64,000 bases of DNA, taken from Psammoneis japonica (lineage: Eukaryota). Positions 25,777 through 39,800 of the stretch are shown here, piece by piece. The notes beneath the pieces were generated by a model, which ran no database searches, was not told the origin of the DNA, and worked only from the letters and a program-made list of their open reading frames with translations. How positions within the stretch are numbered: the stretch's first letter is position 1; the number at the start of each line of letters is the position of its first letter. Position numbers and translations under genes: made by a program. The stretch spans positions 124,001-188,000 of the forward strand of contig QPGO01000076.1 of the NCBI GenBank assembly GCA_008632985.1. The letters are read 5' to 3'.

Positions 25777-26207
25777 CAAGGTCTACAGAAGAAGAGAGAT
25801 AGAAAGGAGTTTCGCCGGCAAGGCTTTGCAAATCGATGTACAGACTCAGTCTCTTCAACGCGAAATAATACATTGCAATAGTGCATCGCAACAAGTCTTT
25901 TGAACTAATCCGTTACCACGAACGTTTTTCTCCGACTCAAGTTGGCTCATTGCGAGCCGCCTGGTTACGTGTCACCGACCCCAAAGGCACAAAAGCCTTC
26001 CTTAGGAGTGAGGAGATTCAGGGTGGACTTCTTTGATGCAATTGTTTTGGTAACACCGGCCTTCTCGTACGATCATCAGTGGATCCGCCTGCTCCATTGA
26101 CTTGAGTAGCTCGGTCCGCACTGCCGTCGTTCTCTCGGGTGGGGGCTTGTCAAGCACCATAGCCGCCTCAATGCCAGATGATATTACTTTCTTTCGAAGT
26201 TCTTAAC

Positions 26208-26385
26208 GGTTACGAACCCCAGTGGATAGGCAGCTAGCAAATCGAACTGTGTCTGGGCAAAACGGAGTTGAACTGATGCCATTCTCAGATTGCACTGAAG
26301 GAAGACAGATGCCCCGCATATGGCGACTTTTTAGTGGGCGATGAATGACGACGGCCACTACCGACCTGTGTATGTACCTGTAGCG
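26208..26385 (-). repeat. Diverged ~180-bp copy of the 3' end of the class C GPCR gene
   Basis: Aligns with ~31711-31885 (VQSENGI...VRF.SCLSTG in both). Confidence 0.85.
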
Positions 26386-27914
26386 ATTCTCCGCCTTATC
26401 TTTCAATTATTAGGCTCCTTCAGGTGACCACTTCATTCAATGCTCACGGATGGGTTTCGTAACGGATGCCGAGATTTTCGGCTGCGTCTATAGAATCTGA
26501 CGACTGAAATGCGCGCGCATCGTGATCGTTCCGAATGAGTCCGAATCGGGCGGGATGCTCGAGATGCTATCCCATTTACTCACAACCCGCTTCCTCCTTC
26601 CACGACAATTCAATCTTATCAAATAGAAATGAGCTGGGTTCAGCAGCAACAACAACATACGCCATGTGAACGTTTTTTCACGCCTTTTTTATTCATCAGC
26701 TTCATTTCTCACCATGTCGATGTGACGCGACGACCGACGAATCACCGTCATTGAGTGCTCTCTCGCTAAGTCCTCCACAATGTTCACAAAATTCACACCA
26801 AAAAAATGCCATTCAATTTACGCAAAGCCCTTTCACAGTCGCGTGTGAGCGCAGGTGAAGGACGGATCGAGTTGCATGGCTCAATGGGGGGCATGCCGTC
26901 AAAAGTCTGTGGTGCTCTGAGCCAACTGCGGCAGCTCCACTTCCTTCTTCAAATGTCAAAGGATGGTGGAAAAGACCTCGAGTCCCTTCATGCAATGCGG
27001 CTCAACTTGGCGCATGAGATCCAAGGAGCGTTTGGTGCTTTTGCAGCCAGCGACTTCAAAGCATGCCCAACCGACCTGATGAAGCACCCATCCTGTTTCA
27101 ATTGCTTGGGCAAGAGGGGGCAGAGAATGTCCGCAAAGCCTCACAGCAGCGGTGCTGCTGGCACACCAAGAAGGACATGTGGTGGTGCAAGCAATCCAAG
27201 GTGAATGCAAATGATTTTTGCACTCAAAAACAAACACTGTAAATGTCCTTGTTCAAATGCCGAGGCAACTCTGGGACAAACACGGGGATGACCCCGGTCG
27301 GGCGGTTGCTGCATTTTTTAGCTCAAATTTGGCCAGTTTGGCTCGTGATTTTCTGCTGAAAAATTGATTTGCCGCACTTGGAACATGGCAACAATGGTGG
27401 CTTCAGATGATCCAGGCAAGTGCAGTGGAGGTGGTCCATCTGCCAACTCTTGCTTGTTTTGCATTCCTCATGTGTCAAAGATGTCATGTGCATCAAAAGT
27501 TTGTAGACGGCATGCTGCGTTTTTGAGAGCAAACAGTGCTTGTCAGCCAGTGCCATTGCGACACATCCATGATGACACTCACGCTTTGTTGCTTTGTGTT
27601 TTTCAGGCAAGGCAAAGAAGTGCTGCAAAAGACTGAAAATACAAGATGAGAGGACTCAACAGAGTCATGCAAAGGCAATGGCGGCTGAGAAGAAGATGCT
27701 TTCAGCAGCCTTGCTTCAAGCCAGAAGTGACTCCAACTGCTGAGTTTCCAGTGCATGCTCTGAGTTGCACAAGTGTGTCCCATGTGCCAAGAGCCATGGG
27801 GAAAGATTTCCAATGGCAGACTCTGACTCGCCATTGGTGGGAGCCAAAGATGCCAAGTCACCAACCCTTCAATCCCTCCCAGAGTTGTCAAATGGTTTCT
27901 TTGATGAAATCATG

Positions 27915-29060
27915 TCAAACGGGCGGCAACTCACTGGTTTCTGCTGCGGCATCAACCGAAACTTTGGGAAGCTCTGTCAAGGATGGACGAGCGCCATTTT
28001 TGTTCCACACATCACACGGTGACCACAACAAAGCTGTGGTGTCAGCATCAAGTGGCTCCATGACGTTTGATGTGGACAGATTCAAGACTGTGATGACAGA
28101 CGCACCATGCATGTCAAATGAAGTCATGCAGCTGCCCACAAAAATGCGAGTCACTGTGCAACCATGTTGCTTTTCCAGACAGCCCAAAATGGAGTTGGTC
28201 AAGATTGACATTTCAAAATTAGATGTCCAACCCAAATTGTTGATGAGGACACAGAGATTGTCTCCTTTTTCAAACATGGGAATGACTGCTTCTGATTCAT
28301 TGACACGCCCATGCTTGTGAGTCGCATCAATCATCTCTTTTGCAAGTTCCTTGCTTGACAAAAGTGCAGACTGCTTTGCCCCAGCTTTGCCATGAAGTCC
28401 AAGACCAATTTCAATCATGTTGTCATCATCCAGACAATCTTTGACCGCCACTGCACCAGGCACCATGACTGCATCAAGCGCCACACCCAATGTTCCCATG
28501 TGTTTTGCAGTCAACGCAGCAAAGTTTGCCACACCCTGCAAAGATTTCCCTTCGGCAGCAGCCGCTCCTGCAATCTGGTGAACAAGGGTGGTTTTGGAAA
28601 TGCCTCAAGCTCCAGCGACACCCTTGGTTCTCTCCGAGGCTGTGTCATTGGCTGCAACCACCACTTGGCAGGAAACACCTTCCAAGCTGGCTCGCTCACA
28701 TGCCGCTCCAAAGCTCAAACAGTTGCCGACGCAATTCTTTGCCACTGGCAGAATGGGGCTTGTTTTCCCACACAAAGTGGCACAAATTGCAGCCAAGATG
28801 GCGGCAACAGAGGGAGATGCAAAGATTCCTCCTGGAATGGCTCCACTGAGCATGCCGTTGCCTGTCCATCCTGCATGACTCGGCTCATGTCCGCCACCAC
28901 CACTGCTGAAAATCTGAACACCCGCTCTGGCCTTCAAGTTGCTCTTGAGCACAACATGGTGATTTTTCAATTTTGTGAGGCAAGTCAGATGTTGCAACAG
29001 CAGACCAGCAATGAATTCATTGACAGCATCGGCTGGATCGTTCTTGATGATCATTTTTTC
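27915..29060 (-). pseudogene. Dihydroxyacetone kinase (DhaK/DAK1 domain) pseudogene inside a TpA-depleted island
   Basis: SGGGGHEPSHAG, GGIFASPS, KNCVGNCLSFG (cf. KNYTGDRLNFG), IEIGLGLHGKAG, VLINNLG, SCMTSFDMHGASV; frameshift near 28600. Confidence 0.9.
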
Positions 29061-30252
29061 GGCTTGGACGGCATGACACTTTTCTGCTGTGCGAGCTGAG
29101 CCAAGCAACAGCCAACCATTTTGCGCGAGGGTCAATCACTGCTGGGAAGACTTGCATGGACATTCTCAGCAAGAAGCTCCTTTGCACAAGGGCTGTCGCT
29201 CAAGAGCACGGAACAAAAGCTGCGGCCCAACCAACCAGCTGTGACCTGTCTTGTGAGTCGCAGCCGAGACAGCGAGTTCTTTGAGAATTGCGCTCACTTT
29301 GCTCTGCTTGTCAATGACCATGGCATCATTGCACACTTTGTTGGAGTTCTTGAAGATGCACATGCAAACGCGGAACAGGGGCCCACTTGTTGATGGATCA
29401 TCGCCGAGTGCATTTTGCTCTTGCTGGAGCGGTCGGCTGAGTGCAAGAGTCAGTTGAATGGAGTTCACCAGCGATTGGAGTGCACACAGTGTGATGGAAA
29501 AAACTGCTGTTGTGACAAGCAGAAAGCTTTCATCAGCTTCCACAGTTTGCCCACACCGCTGCGATGGCTTGGTCGCCCACATGCAGTCATCTGGGTTTGG
29601 TTTGACTTTCTCCGCACCCGCGGGACAAAATTTTTTGTCCCGGTGTTTTCTCCACTCAACTCAAGTGCAGCTGTCATTTCATTGTCATTTGTGTGTTTAA
29701 TCACACATTTCCTGGTGTTGTGTCATTTGAATGGAAAATGTTGCCTTTCCTCTTTGTCAGCGACTTCAGAAAAATGACTCGGCTTGACACATTTCGACCC
29801 ACGGACATTTGGTTTGGACACTTGCAAAGCAGGGTGCACAGCCGCCCAGCTGACAAAACCCATGCACAATGCAAAACTTTGAACAGGACCGAAGATTTCG
29901 GAAATTGTCGCCAAAAGTCACTCTTCCATGGTGTCTGCACACATCTCCAGCATGTGTGCACATCTGCCCGTCACTTTTTTGCACCCTGTTGCCCTGGTCC
30001 ATTCAGATGTGTCGTCCGGTTTTGCACATGGCACGGATCTCTTCGCAGTTGTCCAAACTGCAGGTCCAAAGTCTGTCCTGGGGCTTGCTGTGCCATTGGA
30101 CAAAACTGTCACGGTCGAAACAGCAAACATTTATTTGTATTTATTTGAATAGAAAAGTTTTGTTATTTATGTTGGCATTCTTCATAATGGAAAATGTTGT
30201 TTAAATACGGCAATCGCGCGAAACCGCATGGGTACGGAAAAAGTTTTAACGC

Positions 30253-30341
30253 GACCCAAAATTCCTCCGAGACCCAAAATTCCTCCGAGACCCAAAATTC
30301 TCCGAGACCCAAAATTCCTCCGGGACCCAAAATTCCTCCGA
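30253..30341. repeat. Tandem 18-bp repeat (GACCCAAAATTCCTCCGA) x5
   Basis: Directly visible; one copy is 17 bp. Confidence 0.9.
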
Positions 30342-31710
30342 ACAGAGAGTCACAGTGGAGCGCCGACCCACACTCGGCCTTGTCTTTTTGATGAGCAATT
30401 CATTGAAGACACGGATGTTGCTTTCAGGAGTCCGGATTCTTCGGCAAGGCCCTTGCTTGGTTTGGCCAGAAGCGGGGTTGTTGTTGGGTCTTTTCGCTTG
30501 GCGGCAAACCCGTGCTTTGGCGTGAGAAGTGTGCTCTGTCTTGGGTGGTGTGCTGTGTGTTTGATCTTTGTCGAGAAAGGCACCCGGCGCGGCACACCCC
30601 TTTGTTCCGAAGCACGGAGCAGTGTTTTTGCACTTTATGGTGTGTGCTGACAGGTTTTTCGATCTCTGTGACAGGTGTGCATGATACTTATGACTGTCTT
30701 GTTCTGTAAGAGTGGAATGATTGCCTCAGGGCAGATGCGAGCGACCGCATCATCATCGTGTTTCTGTGGTGATGTCGAGCACTAAGTCGGTGGGGTGTAG
30801 CCGTTGTATCGTCAAGGGTTTGGCTTTTCGGTCGGCTGTGGATATTCGGTACTCGCCATGGGAATGGCCACGACTCGAGCATTTGGAATCAATCCTTTAT
30901 CATCCTCCATGGCAGGTCGCCTTCTCTCTCGACGAGCACAGAGCAACAAGAAGAAATTCAAGGAATTTGACAAGAGCCCTCGCTTGAAACGCTTTCTATT
31001 AGCACTCGGAATCTCACTGTTTCATGCCTTGCTCCTGCACTTTACGCACTCCGTATTGTCGCAGATGGTGCCGTCACCAAAGGATGAATTGGCTTGGCGT
31101 TGTTCTGGAGATCAAACAAATACTTTGCTGGTCCTACGTTGTGAGTTTATCGTGTTTGTCGCCACCCAAACTACTTGGGAGACGCATTGTTTTGTTTAGG
31201 CTTGGCGGTCAGCGGTGTGGCGAGCTTTGGTTCCAACATAATTACACGTCACGACCAGCATTGGATTGTATGGTATTTTCTCCATAATGACTTTCCAAGA
31301 AAGCCGAGAAACTGTGGAAATGGACGATGAACAAGGACCTCCACATCGATTTTCCTGTGCGTAAAAAGCGAGACTTTTACTCCATCTTGGCGAACGCCAT
31401 GAACGGTTACATTCGCATCAAGTCTTCAATTGAGGTATTTCTCATGGTCAATAATAACTGTAGCAGTTCCGGTCGAGTACGAGAAGAAGGATGAACGAGA
31501 ACTATAACATCATGTATGTTGTACAACGGGTGATCTTGCGTTGTAGCTAGTAACTCTTACTCTAGAGAATCTATGGAGACGATACAGCTAGATAGTAGTA
31601 ACTCCGAATATTCTAGTCTAGAGCCAAGACTGAAAGTAGGAAAAAGAGGAGAATCAGTTTTTCTTTCAAAGCGACAGGATCGCCTTTGGGAGACGATGTT
31701 GTCTCGACGC

Positions 31711-34394
31711 TTACGATCCAGTGGATAGGCAGCTGGTAAATCGAACTGTGGCTGGGCGAGTCGGAGTTGAACCGATGCCATTCTCAGATTGCACAGTAGG
31801 AAGACACGACACCCCATATGACGACGCTTTAACAGGCGATGAATGACGACGGCCATTACTAGCCTTTGTACCAGACGTCTGTGTGGGTCGACCTGGAAAC
31901 GCCGGCCTTGCACCGAACGCCATTGGTGCCACTCCGTCTCTGTCGCTCAAATACATTGATGTTCGAACTGCCCGTCGTCTTGTGGATTCCAGAGGCCGTG
32001 CGTTCCGATTTATGTACTTTGGGACAAACAGTGGTACCTGGATGGCGAGGCAAATGATGGTGACCAATATAGAATGCATCAAAAAGTAAGCAGATGGAAT
32101 ATCCGCCACCACAACCAAAATTGGTACTGCCAAAATAAAGGCTTCAACTAAACTCGCCAGAGAGATGGTAATGTAGGTACTTTCGTTGAAATTTGAGGGA
32201 GGAATATTTCGTGCCTTGTACGCTTGGTAGGTGGCAGTCATCAGAGCGATCACATTCACCACGGCAAGACAGGACACAAAGATCCGTTGTTTCGTCGAAT
32301 CCAAGGCCAGGCATGTCCCGTAGGACTCATTAGACCGTCCAAACTCATCTGATTTTGTTTTTTGAACTCGCGTCCATTGAAGCGGCGCTATTATTGTCCA
32401 AGCTATCAGAATGGAAAGATTGAGACCCATCAAAACTACAAAAGGTAGCAACACGTCGTTGGCTCGTATCTTGACTCTTCGGAACTCGCGGCTCATTGCA
32501 AAGACTCGGTTGAGTCTCCACGTCTTGGAGAAGAGCGCCGAGAATGACGTAACGAATCCAATAGACAATAGCCACGGTGTCGCCATGCAAGCAATGTCTA
32601 ATCCACGTTGAGAAACTGGTTCTTGTAAGCCCTGAGGTATTATCGAGCTTGCCATGATAAAGGTCCCAACACACAGTTTAACAAGAAACACTGGTTGTGA
32701 TGCACGAACAACGGGCTTATTCCGATACAAAACGGTCCATATCAGCCACCCCAAAGACATAATCATGACAATAGTAGCGAGGCCGTATCCAAGGACATGC
32801 ACCCATGGACTAATCAAGTTCATATCTTCTTCCAGTGGTGGCAATGCCAATGGGGGCGTAATATCTGGACTTCCCGCATACACAAAGGGTCTGACTTCCT
32901 CAATACTACCGGCCAAATCAATGACAGCCGCTACTTGAGATTCAAATTGTATGAATCCATCTTGCATTTTTCCGTTTGAAATAACATTGTGGACAGCATA
33001 AATCAAGCTATCCGAACTTCGTGTTCCCGTGTCAACATTAAACTCAACAGTTCCGGAAACGCCCTCAAATGAAGTATTCAACAGAGATTCATAAAGCTCA
33101 CGTCCTGAAAAGAAATCGTTTTCTGCGTTGCATGCTGCCAATCCCATGGCCATGACGGCGTCGTAATTCAAGTATTGATACAGCGACGAACCCGGCATTT
33201 CAAAATCGTAATTATCAAACAGTTCAGGTTCAGTCTTTGAGAGAGCAGAGCACAACGAGATTGAGACGGGGTAGAATAAGTCAAAAGCCGTATCATGCTG
33301 CTATTATCTCAATTGTGAGGACTTACGTGTCTTGAAATAAAATACTCATGCAATGTGTCATTGGTACTAAACTCCTGCAGTGCCGCGTCAAACTCTGGAT
33401 GAGACGGTACGTCAATTACCACCACGCCAACACCATGAATGGCTCGAACCAAATCCATATCTGTAACTGCATTCAATCGAAAGCTTGGATTGAGCAATTC
33501 CAATGTTGATTCCGACAAGAGCCATACATAACCTGTATTCCCAACTATCCCACGTTGATAGGCTTGTATCAGCATTTCCCTGTAGGTTCGTGGATTCGGT
33601 ATGCCGAAGAAATACTTTAATTTTGATCTTTCCAGCACATCGATTGCTTTATCCAAACTGCCCTCCACATCATCTTCATACGGTGCCGAAACTACCGTTA
33701 TGCCCATCTCCCGAGCTAGCTCTAACACGTCTTTGTGGAAATAAGTTCCGTAATCGTCTCGCACATAAATGACTCCAAAATTCTCTACATTCAAACTCCT
33801 CAGGTACAGAAGGACGGCATGAGCATCGCCTCGATTGTTGGGTACGGTTCTAACAAAATAAGTAAACGCATCCTTATTGTCGAGTGTTGCAGAAGTGGAG
33901 GTTGCTGATATTTGAGGGGTCTGGTACACACTTCCCAGGACTGCTACACTGGAAGACACAACGGAGCGAGCGGCACCCACCAGCGCTGTTGGCTTTACGG
34001 ATGATTGAGTTTCGGCTTTATGATATTTTCCTGACGCGTGTATTGGACTGAACTGTGTATCCATGTAATCGACAGTCCAGTAAACATTGCAATTCTCCAG
34101 AAGCGAAGTCAACTGGGGCAGTACTTTTGAATCTCTCTGATTGAAATGAACCATGGCGAGAAAACCGCTTGCTTCCAACCCAATTCGAAAGTCAATCGGT
34201 TGTCGAATACCTTGAACTGAATCGAGAGATGAGAGCGGAAGAAGACTGGTCAATTGGCATAATCGAACCGTGTCGTTCTCATCGTCATCCAGCACTTGAA
34301 TCACTGTAGAATCTTGTCGCGACTCGCTGTTCTTAGCACTGGAACTGTTTCGTAATTCATCATAGTAACCAAGCGGTCTGTTTGACAACGCCAT
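31711..34394 (-). CDS. Class C (GABA-B-like) GPCR: ANF-receptor/Venus flytrap domain + 7TM; 2 exons (intron 33326-33235)
   Basis: LVGAARSVVS, PQISATSTSATLDNKDAFTYFVRTVP, FEGVSGTVEF, VVRASQPVFL, SALFSKTWRL, FNESTYI; start codon uncertain. Confidence 0.9.
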
Positions 34395-35020
34395 CTTGAG
34401 ACTTAGCGAAAGTTTAACCCAACGAATAAGACACAAGGAGATCAATCAGACTTAGGGCTCTGATGTTGCAATTTTGCACAGAGGCGTGACACATCACGCA
34501 ACTGCACACTGAACACCGACCGGTTGCTGTTTCTCAGTCACGAAGAAAGAGGGATCACGTCATTGGGTGAAAGATGTGGATAAATGTGTCTTTACAATTA
34601 TATTGTTAAAAATGTCCATGAGTCTTTGTTGGACAAATTTGTGCAAATCCGAAGGTCCAGTTGGCGCGGTTGAGTTGATTTGGAGAGATTTACAACTTTC
34701 TTTTTGTGAAAATCTGTGTGTGTGTTGGCCTGTTTTGGCAGTTTTGAGATGGGGCAGAACCACGAACCACCAATGACATCAGCTGTCGTGGTTTTGCATC
34801 ATCGATTGTTTTTTGTCTGTGCAAAATGATGGCAAGGCAGCGGTGGCACTGTTCGTTGTTTCAAACAAATGGGCCGAGGCACACCAGCTGCAGAGCTGGC
34901 TGTGTTGGAGCTGAGCCAGCACAGCCAAGCCTTTGCTTGCGCTCACCTTGCTTTGCCTGTGCTTTTTTTCTCAACAGCACAGTTTGGCCAGTCAAGGACA
35001 TTGTGTTTGTCTTGCTTTGC

Positions 35021-35577
35021 ACACCAACTTTGAGACAAAACTTGGCATGTCAACTTTGGAGCGAAGCTCAGTGCGCCGACTTTGGAGCGAGACTCGGCGC
35101 GCCAACTTTGGGGCGAAACTCGGCACGCCAACTTTGAAACAAAACTTGGCGCGCCAACTTTGGGGCAAAACTTGTCATGCCAACTTTGAGGCAAAACTTG
35201 GCATGCCAACTTTGGGGCAAAACTTGGCGCACCAACTTTGAAGGAAAACTTGGCATGCCAACTTTGGGGCAAAACTTGGCACGTCAACTTTGGCACGAAA
35301 CTCAGCGTGCCAACTTTGGAGCAAAACTTGACACGCCAATTTTGGCACAAAACTCAGCATGCCAACTTTGGGGTGAAACTTGGCGTGCCAACTTTGGGGC
35401 AAAACTTGGCATGCCAACTGTGGAGCAAAACTTGGTGTGCCAACTTTGGGGCAAAACTTGGCACCAAAACTTGGCATGCCAACTTTGAGGCAAAACTTGG
35501 CATGCAAGCAAAACTCAGCATGCCAACTTTGGGGCAAATCTTGGCATGCCAACTTTGTAGTGAAACTTGGCATGCCA
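35021..35577 (+). repeat. ~26-bp tandem array (GCCAACTTTGGGGCAAAACTTGGCAT)
   Basis: About 20 degenerate copies; unit has GCCAA...TTGGC inverted ends. Confidence 0.9.
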
Positions 35578-36344
35578 GAGGGGTCATTCCCTGGCACTTT
35601 TTTCTTGTCACCGCCGGCAGCCCAGCGGATGACAGCAGCCACAAAGTTGGACAACAGCAGCACTCACAGACTCCCAGCTTTGGATGGCATGCCACCTTCA
35701 CCCACACCTGAGATCTCAGCTGTCTGGGCAAATTGTTGAATGTGATGGCGGTGTGTCTCCAGCTGGAAAGGCAGCACACACACGCAAAAGCTGGTCCAAC
35801 ACTTCAAGGCTGGCAGCAATTGAGCATCCTGGCACAGCAATGCATTCCAGGTCTGGGTGGGACCTTGCGCTGCTGAACTGTGACATCGACAGTTTTTTGC
35901 ATGACTTTTGCAAACTTTTGTGTCGTTTTACAGTGCAATTGTCAGGCGATCCATTCAACAACTTTTGATGTTTTTTTCTTCTTTGCCATTCTTGAGTGTC
36001 TTGAGAATGGCGCAGGGAAGGCGAGCTGTCCAAAACTTTGAGCACGAACAGGGATGTGTTCACTGCAAACTTGGCCGCCTGTTTTCATGTCGAGGACAAA
36101 TGTGTCCATTGACCAGAGCACGAACTGCAGAGCTTGCGTGCAGAATTCCACGGGGCAACTGTCACAAAAAGTCCCGCCTGGCAGGACTGGAACCCACCCA
36201 GCAACCTCAACATCATGCCCAGCTTTTCTTTGCACATGTGTTGCCAGCATGCAGTGGCCCCTGTCACAGCACGGCTCTTGGTGGCCACAGCTGCTTGCGC
36301 AATGCTCAAGGTTTTGCATGCAGCCAAAACTGGTTTGCAGCTGA

Positions 36345-36776
36345 TGCCCTGTGCATGCACCAGGCGCTGAAAAAGAAGATGTGTTGCGACTTTGTCGTTG
36401 TGAAAATTATGAGCTAGTTTAGAGTGGAGAAAATGGGATCGTGCGAACAGGGAATCTTGCCAAATCCCCATTCGTTCGCATTTGGATCGCATCAAATCGA
36501 TCGTGCGTTCGCATTGTGGATCGTGCGAATCAAGCCATCACGCGCCATGCACGAGTGATGTCATCGTGTGGAATCACGCCACCATCGTGGGCCAGACGAC
36601 GGGCCAGTGTGCTTCACACGGACGCTCTCTTAGCATCCTTCTGGAATTGCCCAAGACCTGGAGCCACGCCCTCCTGTGGTCGTGCTTCCCAGGCACGTGT
36701 TAACAATGCTGCGTTGCCACGCACAAGAGGCTCATGCACGGTCTCGCCGTGTTGTCCAGCAGCGAGGCATGCTGCA
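36345..36776 (-). repeat. 3' LTR of the Gypsy element
   Basis: Gap-free match to 41130-41561. Confidence 0.95.
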
Positions 36777-36815
36777 CACTCCCCCATGATCAGGGCCGTT
36801 AAGTGACAGGATGTC

Positions 36816-39800
36816 TCACTGGTGACAGGGCACAATCTGCCGTAGATTGCACGTGTCCATCAGTGCTCCGTTCTGGATGTGCAGCGTGCCATTGTCACAT
36901 GCACGGACAACTCTGGCGGGTCCTGCATGGCTGTCAGAACCGCACTTGGAGGATTGTTCCTGTTTGACAAGTGCCAATTGCCCTGCGGTGTGTTGACACT
37001 CCTTGCGTTTCTGATTTTCACGCTTGTTGTTTAAGTGGATGAGCTTCTGCTTTCTGGTTTCTATGTGCTTCCACTTGGCACGATGGGCAACAGACAAAAC
37101 CGCATCGCGTCCGAAGACCAATTGCATGGGACTTGCACGCGTGGTCGTGTGTGCCGCAGCTCTAACAGCGAAGGCTGCTGCAGAGAGGATGCCACTCCAT
37201 GGGTCATCTTCGTCCAGTTCCACATCCTGTGCTGAAAAGGAACGCACCATGTCACCAAGTGTCTGGTGTGCACGTTCCACTGTGGCATTTGCCTGTGGAT
37301 TCCGTTTGCTTGTGGGTTTCTTCAAAATCCCACAGTCATTTTTAATCATCTGGCTAAATTCTGCCACAAATTCTGTCCCACGGTCATGAACCACCTGGGT
37401 TGGCCACGGACATCTGCATGGCCACGTTTGTTCCACGACGTTTGCTGCGACGTCTGCGCGTTTCGTAGACACTTCTTTAATCTCGAACCACCCGGTTGCT
37501 GGGTCAATCATTGTGACTGCCCACAATTGCAAGGTGTCCTTTCCGCGTCTTTGAATTTTACATGGCCCCATCACATCTGTGCACAGAGTCTCCCATGGAA
37601 TTATCTCTGCGACCTTTTCTGGCAGCTTCCCATGACGCTGCGTTCGGCGTTTTGTCTTCTGGCATCGATCGCACTTGACGCACGTAGAATGCACCGTAGA
37701 CCTCATGCCAGGCCAATGGAAGTGCTGGGCAACAGACATTTCCGTGCGTGTCTCACCTGGATGACACAGTGTCTCGTGGTGCCATTCAGTTAGCGGAACC
37801 TGCAATGACTGTGGTGCTGCGATTTTGTCCTTATGACAGATTAACTGTCGTGATGACCCTCCCCCACGATGCGCGCGAATGGAGCAGTCGGACGAGACCT
37901 TGGCTCTTGAGAGTGGGCGCTTGTCCTTTTGTTGTGCTTTTTGAATGCGCTTGAAGCCAATGGGCAGAGATGGCTCATCTTGCGCGTCTGCATTAAAAGC
38001 TTCATGCAAAGGACGACTCGATGGAGTGTCTTTTACATCCGGATTAGCCTCGGAAGGCAAGCTGGGTGCCAGTCGAAGGCGACTAAGAGCGTCAGCGACT
38101 GGGTTGTGGGCACCCTCAACATGGCGTAATTCGGGACCGCATTCTTCGCACATCAACCGCCAGCGCATGACGCGCTCGGTGTTGAACACTTTGTGCGCAA
38201 GATTTTTATGATCAGCATGTGCAATTGTGTGATGACCAAGGAGAATCGTTCGAAATTCTTTCAACGTCTCCACAATGGCGAGCAATTCTCTCTCCGTTGT
38301 TGCACAATTTAATTGCACACTGTCAAGCTTTCTGCTGTAAAAGGCGATGGGTTTGTTGTCTTGGGATGCAACTGCTCCCAATTGACATTTAGAGGCATCG
38401 GCGTGCACCTCAAAGGGTTCACTAAAATCAGGATGTGACAACAAAACATCATCCGACATTGCCCGTTCAATGGTTTCGAACGCCTCATCTTCAACGGACG
38501 TCCACTCCCACTTAACAGTCTCGCTTGCGAGTCGTGTCAGCGGAGCCAAGACTTCAGAACGTCCAATCCACATGTCGCGGCAGCAGTTCACCATGCCAAC
38601 AAATGAACGTGGGTCGCGTTTGTTGGTTGGGGTCGCGATTCACTCAATGGCATCAACTTTGTCAGGTGTTGGTCGCATTCCGTCTCTGTTGACCAGATGA
38701 CCCAAGCACTCTAATTGGGTTTGACAGAAGTGAGATTTAGTTGCGTCAACTTTTAGTCCTGCTTTCTGGACCCTCAACAAAACTTCTTCAAGTTTGTTGA
38801 GGTGATCTTCATGGGTGCCTTTCGTCATGACGAGAAGGTCATCTAAGTGCGTTCGAACGAACGACAGATCTTCAAATGAGCCTGACATGCGTTCTTGGAA
38901 AATGTCTGGTGAATTGCACAATCCCATGGGCAATGCCTGCATCTCATGCTTGCCCCACGGGAAGATGAGCGTGCAGAGCTTCTTGCTGTCAGTGTCCAAT
39001 CGGATGTGACAATGGCCCATGTTTAAATCCAGCGATGCAGCCCACACAAAGCCTTCGAGCTTGAGCAGCACATCTTGGATGTGAGGAATCGGATGAGGCA
39101 ATCGCTTGATCCGTTTGTTCAGCTCTCTGAAATCATCAACAAAGCGTGCCGTTAAATCTTTCTTCGGTGTGATGGATGATGGAGCTGCCCATTGGGATCG
39201 GTTGATGCGTTTGAGAACACCGACACGCACTGGGCATTCTACTTCTTTACGCAGCGTAGCTTCGCACGCACGAGGCACTTCATGCGGACGAGCGTGGTGT
39301 GGTTCTACACCCTCCTTGAGTTGGATGTGGAAGGGTTCTCCCTTCCATTCTCCTGATGTCCCATCAAACAAGGACTCATGGCGTTTCAACAGTGCCAAAA
39401 GGTCATTTTGTTGAACTGCAGAAAGTCCCATTGCCCCTCGCGTTGTGTCCTCGAGGCAGGCCGGTGTGCACTTGGCGTCCAAAATGCACAAAATCCGGTC
39501 GGTTTCCGAAGATGAGGCTTCTGGATCTTGAAGATAGAAGGAGGTTTCCACCGCAGCATCTACGTGCCTCATTGGTGCTTCTCCATTGACCAATGGCCAC
39601 TCTGTCATCTGTTTGGAGAAGACAACATCAATGCCTTGCGTCTCCAGAATGTCACGCCCAACAATCACATCGCACTTGCCCAACTTTCCGTTGTGCACGT
39701 GGACGGCATGCTCAAGTTCTGCAGTTTTGGATGATTCTGGCAACCAAAATTTAATGGCACAGTCGTCAGACGCACTGAACGAGCCTGCTGCCGTGGTCCA

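Noticed and set aside
30720..31400. Possible membrane-protein gene fragment
   Set aside because: Short ORFs in shifting frames with no recognisable motif; not enough support to call.
35021..35577. CRISPR-like array of palindromic 26-bp units
   Set aside because: The units are head-to-tail with no unique spacers, there are no cas genes, and the context is eukaryotic.
36100..36180. TnpB/Fanzor-like string 'VTVAPWNSARKLCSSCSG'
   Set aside because: No RuvC motifs nearby. Cys pairs arise readily in TG-rich mutated DNA, and another frame looks more protein-like.
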